Part shown: positions 57,959-64,000 of the stretch, one piece after another | Position numbering within the stretch: position 1 is the first letter of the stretch | Layout: each line of letters begins with the position of its first letter | Source of the DNA: Thermofilaceae archaeon | GTDB taxonomy: Archaea > Thermoproteota > Thermoprotei > Thermofilales > Thermofilaceae | Direction: 5' to 3' | Length of the DNA stretch: 64,000 nt | NCBI GenBank assembly: GCA_038727095.1 | Contig: JAVYWK010000004.1 | Span: 23,802-87,801, forward strand | Made by a program: the position numbers and the translations under genes | Notes under the pieces: generated by a model | What the model saw: the letters and a program-made list of their open reading frames with translations, nothing else | Databases searched by the model: none | What the model was told of the DNA's origin: nothing

Positions 57959-57960
57959 CC

Positions 57961-59049
57961 GTGCTGTCCTGGAGGGAGAACTACCTGCGAGCGGCCGACT
58001 TCGCGTACCCCGAGTACGTGCCCTGCGTAATCAGCGTGTTCTGGCCCGTTTGGAACACCTACAGGGAGAGGCTGGAGGAGGTGGCGGAGCGCTACCCACT
58101 GCTGTTCCCAGGCTTCAAGCGTGGAGCGTTGCGCTACGAGGGTGAGCCGGGCATCCCCTACACCGACGAGACCCTAGTGGACCCATTCGGTTGCGTCTGG
58201 CGCTTCAACGTTAAGGGGTACCAGGGGCAGGTTGTCAAGCACCCGCTGGAGGACTGGAGCATGTGGAGGAGTTATAGGCTCCCCGACCCCGACGAGGGGC
58301 TCCCCGTTGAAGGTAGCGCGAAGCTGGTGCCTTGGGAGACCGTTTGCGAGCAGATGGAGAGGGCGAGGGAGGCTGGAGCGCTGGTGGTAGCCCCCATGCC
58401 CCACGGCTTCTTCTTCCAGCGGCTGTACTACCTGCGCGGCTTCCGCAACCTCCTGAGGGATTTCGTCTTAAAGCCGCCGCAGCTGTACGAGCTGGTCGAA
58501 GCTTTGACGGAGTACAACATGGAGCTGCTGAAGCGCCTACTGAGGGTTCCGGGCGTGGACGTGGTCAGCTTCGGGGATGACTTGGGTACCCAGACGGGGA
58601 TGCCGATCAGCCCCGCCGCCTTCCGGGAGCTCATCTACCCAGCCTACAGGAGGTTCTTCTCATACGTCCACCAGCGCGGAGCACGCGTGAGGTTGCACAC
58701 CGACGGCCGCGTGATGGAGGTGGCCGGCCAGCTCCTGGAGGCTGGCGTCGACATCCTGAACATTCAGGACCGCGTCAACGGGCTGGAGAGCATTAGGAGG
58801 GAGCTGCGGGGTAAGGTGTGCATCGACCTCGACATCGACAGGCAGGTTCTCATACCCTTCGGCAGGCCCAGCGAGGTAAAGTCCTACGTTAAGACTGTTA
58901 TCGAGGCATTGGGGTCTGAGAGGGGAGGCCTCATGCTCTACGCTGAGGTGCACCCACCCACGCCGCTCGAGAACATCGAGGCGCTGGCGGAAGCCATGAC
59001 GGAGTACATGTGGCTGAGAGGGGCGAGCGGTGCAGGGGTCGGAGGCTAA
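57961..59049 (+). CDS. Uroporphyrinogen decarboxylase-like (URO-D/MtaA) family protein
   Basis: 'DPFGCVW', 'YLRGF', 'FGDDLGTQ...ISP', 'LHTDG', 'TPLENI'. Confidence 0.88.
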   Translation: MLSWRENYLRAADFAYPEYVPCVISVFWPVWNTYRERLEEVAERYPLLFPGFKRGALRYEGEPGIPYTDETLVDPFGCVWRFNVKGYQGQVVKHPLEDWSMWRSYRLPDPDEGLPVEGSAKLVPWETVCEQMERAREAGALVVAPMPHGFFFQRLYYLRGFRNLLRDFVLKPPQLYELVEALTEYNMELLKRLLRVPGVDVVSFGDDLGTQTGMPISPAAFRELIYPAYRRFFSYVHQRGARVRLHTDGRVMEVAGQLLEAGVDILNIQDRVNGLESIRRELRGKVCIDLDIDRQVLIPFGRPSEVKSYVKTVIEALGSERGGLMLYAEVHPPTPLENIEALAEAMTEYMWLRGASGAGVGG

Positions 59050-59789
59050 GCCTGGCCCACGGGTCTCGGGGCAACCTCCTTGTCTAAGCGTCTCGGGGTT
59101 GCAAGCAACTCCTGTACGAGCACCCAGGCCAGGAGCTTGAGCGTGGCTGAGAGTATCCTAGCGTTGGCCCTCAATGCTCCGCCGATCCTGGGCTTAGCTC
59201 TACGGGGTGGCGGCTCGTAGATCACCTCCCCAACCCTTAGCTTTCTCAGCCACGCGTGCGCGAGCAGCTCGCCCCCGAAGGTTTCGCCGAGCCTCAACTC
59301 GTAGCCGGCAAAGAGGCTGCGCTTGTAGACGCGGAAGTTCGAGAACACGTCCTTCACGCCGAAAAGCCTGCCGAGAGTTGCTGAGGCGAAGCGCTCGGAG
59401 ATTCGGGGTAGCCTGCTCCTCGAAGCGACGAGTACGTCGAAACCCCCACGCTCAAAGGTTTCCAGCAGCAGTGGAACGAGCTCCGGGGGGTTCTCGAGGT
59501 CTGCGTCAATCGTGACTACAGTTTCGTGCCTCGCCACCCTGATCCCCTCCAGGAGGCTTCTCGTCTGTCCAGCCCTCTTCACTAGGATCGCCCTATCGGC
59601 GAGCTCCAGCGCCACATCGTACGTCCCGTCGGGCGACGAGTCGTCAACGACTATGATCTCGTGCTCCACGCCTGCGAGAGCTTTGCGGAGCCTCTCGATC
59701 AGGGGCCTAATGTTCTCCCTCTCACAGTATGTGGCAGTGACGATTGAAACACCATCCAATTTGATCCAAGCACCCGCTAAGCACACCAT
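59046..59789 (-). CDS. GT2 glycosyltransferase (Dpm1-like)
   Basis: 'TYCERENI', 'IIVVDDSSPDGT', 'TIDADLENPPE', 'VASR'. Start uncertain. Confidence 0.88.
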   Translation of the reverse strand: MVCLAGAWIKLDGVSIVTATYCERENIRPLIERLRKALAGVEHEIIVVDDSSPDGTYDVALELADRAILVKRAGQTRSLLEGIRVARHETVVTIDADLENPPELVPLLLETFERGGFDVLVASRSRLPRISERFASATLGRLFGVKDVFSNFRVYKRSLFAGYELRLGETFGGELLAHAWLRKLRVGEVIYEPPPRRAKPRIGGALRANARILSATLKLLAWVLVQELLATPRRLDKEVAPRPVGQA

Positions 59790-60216
59790 CTTAGCGTTAG
59801 CGGTGGAGGCCGGCCCCCTGTACGCGAGTCGCGCTGGTAAAGAGGGCGGCAAGGCGCTTCCCGAGGCTAGTGAAGCAGGGTAGGCTGCCTCAATTACGAA
59901 TCCGAAGCAGCCGTGAAGGGGTTTGGCCTGCTAGCGCATTGAAGTTCGCGGAGTCAAGGTCGACTGAGGGTCAGGACAATGAGGTGGAGCAAGAACCTTT
60001 ACGGGAGTTAGTGAGCTCAAACCTTGCGCTGCATCACCTACTTCGACACAGGGGCTGTGATGCCGCCGATTTTGATCGCTTCTAATCTGCGTCCGTGGGG
60101 TACGAACAGCGGGAAAGAGCGGAGTCGCGTCGACTGAATTCCGTACCTGCACTCGCCTGCTAGGGCTCCGGGGAGTTAAAGTGGGAAAGTTTAAAATTGT
60201 GGGTCACACATTTTCA

Positions 60217-60501
60217 ATGATGGAGACGACCAGGGTGGATAGCAGGGGTAGGATCGTGCTGCCCCGGAGCGTGAGGGCCGCTCTCGGAGTAAAGCCGGGA
60301 GATGTAGTGGTGATCCAATTGGAGGGTGATCGAGCTGTCCTAAGGAAGGCATGCGACCCGGAGGAGGTGCTTGAGAAGCTCTTGGGGGACTTGACCTTCA
60401 GTAGAGAGCTCCGCAGAGCTGCTGAGAGGATGGCTCTAGAGGTGGTCGAGAGTGAGCCTCGTGGAGACAGGCTTCCTACTCGCGCTCAACCCCCGGGATA
60501 G
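60217..60501 (+). CDS. AbrB/MazE/SpoVT-type antitoxin
   Basis: 'TRVDSRGRIVLPRSVRAALGVKPGD'. Confidence 0.88.
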   Translation: MMETTRVDSRGRIVLPRSVRAALGVKPGDVVVIQLEGDRAVLRKACDPEEVLEKLLGDLTFSRELRRAAERMALEVVESEPRGDRLPTRAQPPG

Positions 60502-60677
60502 GAACCACGCTTGGGTGCTCAATCTGCTGAAGGAGGCGAAGAGCGGGAGGTCTCAGGGAGCGGTACCCCGAGCTGACGTTCTTCGACTCGTTGCATGCCG
60601 CTGTTGCTATCTCCAACAAGCTCGAGTACCGCGACCTGGACGAGACGGTTCGGAGAGTCGTCGAGGAGGAATCCTGA
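60452..60677 (+). pseudogene. PIN (VapC-like) toxin with internal deletion and frameshift
   Basis: MSLVETGFLLALNPRDRNH...KSGR joins out of frame (about 60550) to LRERYPELTFFDSLHAAVA...EEES*; the middle of the domain is missing. Confidence 0.75.
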
Positions 60678-60723
60678 TGGGGACGCGAGCTAGCCATGGG
60701 GACGCGCTCCCGCTAGCAGCTCT

Positions 60724-61155
60724 TCACGGGTCGACTGAGATCTGGGCTGCTGCTTGCAGCAGCTTCGAGGCTAGGGTCAGCATGTCCCTGTACTTCCCTT
60801 TGCTCAGGATCGAGTGGACAAGCTCCTTGTTTATGCCTAAGTAGCCGTGGACTACAACGTTGCGGAAGCCGGCGATCTTGCGGAGCAGTGCGGCTTCCTC
60901 CCTCGAGAGCGCCCCACACCCTTCGAGCATACCGGCGGCCTCGGAGTAGCTAGAGGGCGGTTTCTCGCCGAGGAGGGAGAGAAGCCGGTAACCCATGTCC
61001 AGTATCGCTTGAGCAGCCGTCTGCAGCATGTGGAGCACGGCGTTCATTAAAACGTAGTCCGCGAGAATCTCGTCGGCCCCGCGCTCAGCTACGAGCTTAT
61101 CCAACCACTCGACGTTCCTCTTCACCAGGTCGGAGAGCTCGGCAATCCTACCCAC
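60724..61155 (-). CDS. HEPN (DUF86/HepT) RNase toxin
   Basis: Rx4H motif in 'GFRNVVVHGY'; 'LQTAAQAILD'. Confidence 0.9.
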   Translation of the reverse strand: MGRIAELSDLVKRNVEWLDKLVAERGADEILADYVLMNAVLHMLQTAAQAILDMGYRLLSLLGEKPPSSYSEAAGMLEGCGALSREEAALLRKIAGFRNVVVHGYLGINKELVHSILSKGKYRDMLTLASKLLQAAAQISVDP

Positions 61156-61600
61156 TCCCAGTGCACCTGGCGTAGGCTTCCGCGTACTTCCTTAAGTAAT
61201 CGAGTTTGCGCAGCTGCACTAGGTGGTCGGCGTAGAGGGAGGCGATACGCGCTAAATCCTCGGCATAGGCCTCAGCGTCACCCCAGACGAGAAAGCCGTG
61301 CGCTAGAGCCTCGTAGAGGAAGGAAAGGTTCTCGCACTTCTCCACGTCTAGCAGCGCGAGGTCCACGCGGTCGATGGGGAACCCGAGGCAATCGGCTACT
61401 TCAACCGCGAGCTCGGGCAGGGCTTCGAGGAGCTTGCCAGCTTGACGGGGCTTCGGCCTTAAGCCTACATCGATGTCGCTGTCAACTCGAGGGGTACCTC
61501 GAGCCAATGAGCCGAAGATCACAGCGTAGAGCACCAGATCTCTGTAGCCAGCCAACACCCCAGCTAGGCGCGCTACCACCGCGTTTAGGTCTAAGTGCAT
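61148..61600 (-). CDS. Minimal nucleotidyltransferase (MntA-type antitoxin)
   Basis: 'IFGSLARG...SDIDVG', 'VDL'; overlaps the HEPN gene. Confidence 0.9.
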   Translation of the reverse strand: MHLDLNAVVARLAGVLAGYRDLVLYAVIFGSLARGTPRVDSDIDVGLRPKPRQAGKLLEALPELAVEVADCLGFPIDRVDLALLDVEKCENLSFLYEALAHGFLVWGDAEAYAEDLARIASLYADHLVQLRKLDYLRKYAEAYARCTGSG

Positions 61601-61716
61601 CCCTGCGAATCCCCCTATGTTAAGTTATCAAGATTTCGTGGAGTGCGACTCTGAGCGAAAATCGGTTTAGGTTACAAAACTTAAAAATTAAAAGAAAAAT
61701 TCTTGGAATGGTTAGG

Positions 61717-62880
61717 TTATGAGTATGCTACATGGACCCTCCTACCAGTTCTAGCGGATTCCAGGATGGCGTCCATGATTACGTTGCAGCGGTAGCCGTC
61801 CTCAAAGGTCGCACCTATCGGTCCGACGTCCTCGTCTTTGACAATGCAGTTGAGGAAGTGGTACACCTCGTTGATGAACGTGTGCTCCCACCCGATTATG
61901 TGGCCCGGCGGCCAGTACCTATCGATGTACGGGTGCCTCCTCTCCGTGACGAGAACGGTGCTCCAGCCGGTCAAACCCTTCTCCTCCCACTCCCTCAGGT
62001 AGACTCGGAGCTCGTTTAAGCGCTCCAGGTTGAACTCGATGGATCCGTGCTCGCCGTTGATCTCGAAGTTGTTGTAGTTCTTCCTGCCGGTGGCGAACCT
62101 GGAGGCCTCGAGCGTGCCGATCGCCCCGTTCTCGAACTCGACGGTGGCCGCGAAGGCGTCCTCGACGGTCACTCTTCCCTTCTTCGACGGGTCCTCGGCC
62201 AACGGGCGCTCCTCAATGAACGTCCTCACAACACCCGTTACAGCGGTGATCTCACCGACTAGGAAGCGGGCTAGGTCGATGATGTGGCTCCCCAAGTCGC
62301 CTAGGGGCCCGCTACCCGCCTCCTCAGCCCTCAGCCTCCATGTGAGCGGGGCACTGGGGTTGACGAGCCAATCCTGCAGGTATCTGGCCCTGAAGTGGTA
62401 GATCCTACCCAGAACCCCCGACTTGACCAGCTGCCTTGCTAGCTGGACGGCCGGAACGAAGCGGTAGTTGAAGGCGACCATCGTCTTCACCTTCGCCCTT
62501 CTCGCCGCATCGCGGAGCACGCGGGCTTCCTCCGCGTTCCTCGCGAGAGGTTTCTCGCAGAGCACGTGCTTCCCAGCCTCCAACGCCTCCAGTGTCGGCT
62601 CTAGGTGCATGTTGTTGGGGAGCGAGTTGTCGACGATCTCCACCTCCGGGTCCCTAACGGCGGCGCGCCAATCTGTCGTGTACCTCTTAAAGCCGTAGTT
62701 CCTCGCGGCCTCCCTAACCCTGTCCTCGTGCCTGCCGTAAATGACAACCAGCTCGGGGATGGCGGGGAGTGGGTGGAAGAAGTGGGGCACTGCCTTGTAC
62801 GCGTGCGAGTGCGCCTTACCCATGAAGGCGTAGCCGAGCAGCGCTACCCCGATCCTCCTGGGCTCTCCCGAGCTTACCAC
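61717..62880 (-). CDS. Gfo/Idh/MocA-family oxidoreductase
   Basis: 'GYAFMGKAHS', 'HVLCEKP', 'GPLGDLGSHIID', 'GHIIGWEH'. Confidence 0.94.
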   Translation of the reverse strand: MVSSGEPRRIGVALLGYAFMGKAHSHAYKAVPHFFHPLPAIPELVVIYGRHEDRVREAARNYGFKRYTTDWRAAVRDPEVEIVDNSLPNNMHLEPTLEALEAGKHVLCEKPLARNAEEARVLRDAARRAKVKTMVAFNYRFVPAVQLARQLVKSGVLGRIYHFRARYLQDWLVNPSAPLTWRLRAEEAGSGPLGDLGSHIIDLARFLVGEITAVTGVVRTFIEERPLAEDPSKKGRVTVEDAFAATVEFENGAIGTLEASRFATGRKNYNNFEINGEHGSIEFNLERLNELRVYLREWEEKGLTGWSTVLVTERRHPYIDRYWPPGHIIGWEHTFINEVYHFLNCIVKDEDVGPIGATFEDGYRCNVIMDAILESARTGRRVHVAYS

Positions 62881-63839
62881 CAGGGTTTCACCTCCGGCGG
62901 CTCAACCTTTACGAGGGGTTTGAGGAAGGCGATCGCCTGCTCCACGCCCGAGTCTCTGCTGAAGCACGGGTCCTCGTGCTCGACGCTTAGGACGTAGTTG
63001 TACCCGATCTCGAGGAGGGCTGTGATCACCCTGCGCCACGGCACTTGACCCCAGCCGACCGTCCTGAAGCGGACGGGCCTCGCAACGCGGTTCCACGGGC
63101 CGTAGGCGAGCACACCGGTCCGCATGGCCTCGTGCGGAACCACTTCAACATCCTTGGCGTGGACGTGGTATATTCGGTCGCGCAGCTCGTAGATGAAGAG
63201 GGGCGGGTCCATCCCCTGCCAGAGCAGGTGTGAGGGGTCGTAGTTGAAGCCTAAAGCCTTGTGGTAGCCCGCAGCCTCGAGGAGGGCTTTCGCGCTATCC
63301 AAGTTGTAGTTTAGCTCCATCGGGTGCGTCTCGAAGGCGATCCTGACCCCGTGCTCCGCCGCGTAGTCCAGGATGGGTAGCCACCGCTCCTTGAACAAGT
63401 CAAAGTACCTGCGCCAAATCTCCTCGTTGGTTGGAGGGTAGTTGTACCACTTGCCCCAGTCTGGCACGCCGGTGAAGGAGCAGACCACGGGGACATCGAG
63501 CGCCTGCGCGGCCTCTATCGTCCTCTTCATGCGCTGGACGCCGTACTTCACCTTCTCCTCCGCCGTACCCTTATACCAGATGTCCGTCGATTCGTCGTGC
63601 GGCCCGAGGATCAGCTGCCCCTCAAGGTGGTTGCTCAAAGCCGAGATGATCATCCCGTACTTGCCGACTAGGTTCCTGATCTCGCCCGCTCCACCGGTTG
63701 CAACCCTATCTATGTCGATGTGGTTCGACCCCCTCCAGCCGGCCAGCTCCACGGCTTCGTAGCCGATGCGAGAGACGTACTCGAGAACCCTCTCGAGGGG
63801 CCGGTCGTTGTAGAGGACCGTGAAAATCCCAACCTTCAT
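62874..63839 (-). CDS. Sugar phosphate isomerase/epimerase (AP-endonuclease-2 TIM barrel)
   Basis: 'AFETHP', 'NYDPSH', 'HVHAKD', 'LSVEHED'. Confidence 0.93.
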   Translation of the reverse strand: MKVGIFTVLYNDRPLERVLEYVSRIGYEAVELAGWRGSNHIDIDRVATGGAGEIRNLVGKYGMIISALSNHLEGQLILGPHDESTDIWYKGTAEEKVKYGVQRMKRTIEAAQALDVPVVCSFTGVPDWGKWYNYPPTNEEIWRRYFDLFKERWLPILDYAAEHGVRIAFETHPMELNYNLDSAKALLEAAGYHKALGFNYDPSHLLWQGMDPPLFIYELRDRIYHVHAKDVEVVPHEAMRTGVLAYGPWNRVARPVRFRTVGWGQVPWRRVITALLEIGYNYVLSVEHEDPCFSRDSGVEQAIAFLKPLVKVEPPEVKPWW

Positions 63840-63932
63840 CCCGCCTCAATCGTCTAAGCGCTTCTCTCGTATAAAACGATTGCCGAACTAAAGCGATTAT
63901 AGCCCGGCCAAGCTCGGGCTAAACGCTTATCT

Positions 63933-63964
63933 ATGGTGTACCATGGTATACCGAGGTGTACCAT
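63933..63964. promoter_or_regulatory. Cluster of GGTRTACC near-palindromes, probable operator
   Basis: GGTGTACC, GGTATACC and GGTGTACC in tandem, just before a small ORF. Confidence 0.45.
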
Positions 63965-63965
63965 A

Positions 63966-64000
63966 TTGTCTGTGACCATCACGGTGAAGGTGAGGAAGAG
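63966..64000 (+). CDS. 5' end of a probable RHH/VapB-like antitoxin (runs off the window edge)
   Basis: TTG start after GAGGTG reads MSVTITVKVRK, a typical RHH beta-strand. Only 11 codons are visible. Confidence 0.4.
   Translation, partial: MSVTITVKVRK

Noticed and set aside
1-64000. CRISPR array, rRNA, tRNA, integrase or transposase
   Set aside because: I saw no regularly spaced repeats, cloverleaf or recombinase motifs by eye. Intron-containing tRNAs and small RNAs could be missed without tRNAscan-SE or Infernal.

Overview
The window is archaeal DNA. Gene families, GGTGA/GAGG ribosome-binding sites and TATA-proximal starts point to a hyperthermophilic Thermoproteota member, probably Thermofilaceae-like; this assignment is an inference. 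It has four parts. (1) 0.4-15.7 kb is a defence island: an EVE-domain protein, DUF1156 adenine methyltransferase, DUF499 ATPase, SNF2 helicase-DUF3883 nuclease and a beta-CASP/MBL nuclease, followed by a repeat-bracketed cassette of a possible TGT-like TIM barrel, a Panacea-like/UPF0175 fusion and a PIN toxin. (2) 15.8-26.6 kb holds surface proteins, a split lipoate ligase operon and a peroxiredoxin. (3) 27-55 kb is a mostly AT-rich island and the best candidate for an undescribed system. It encodes a Ser/Thr kinase-FHA, a PP2C phosphatase, three membrane-anchored FHA proteins (one with an extracellular cohesin-like domain, directly upstream of a secreted vWA-dockerin protein), four proteins with a CdvA/SHOCT-like coiled coil, cytoplasmic linkers with repeated Thr-x-x-hydrophobic motifs, two related Zn ribbons, a perfect 97-bp inverted repeat, and a nested GC-rich MoxR/DUF58/ABC block. 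(4) 55.5-64 kb holds toxin-antitoxin loci (AbiE, AbrB-PIN with a broken toxin, MNT-HEPN) among sugar metabolism genes. I recognised no rRNA, tRNA, CRISPR array or integrase. All domain calls come from reading motifs by eye, not from database searches.
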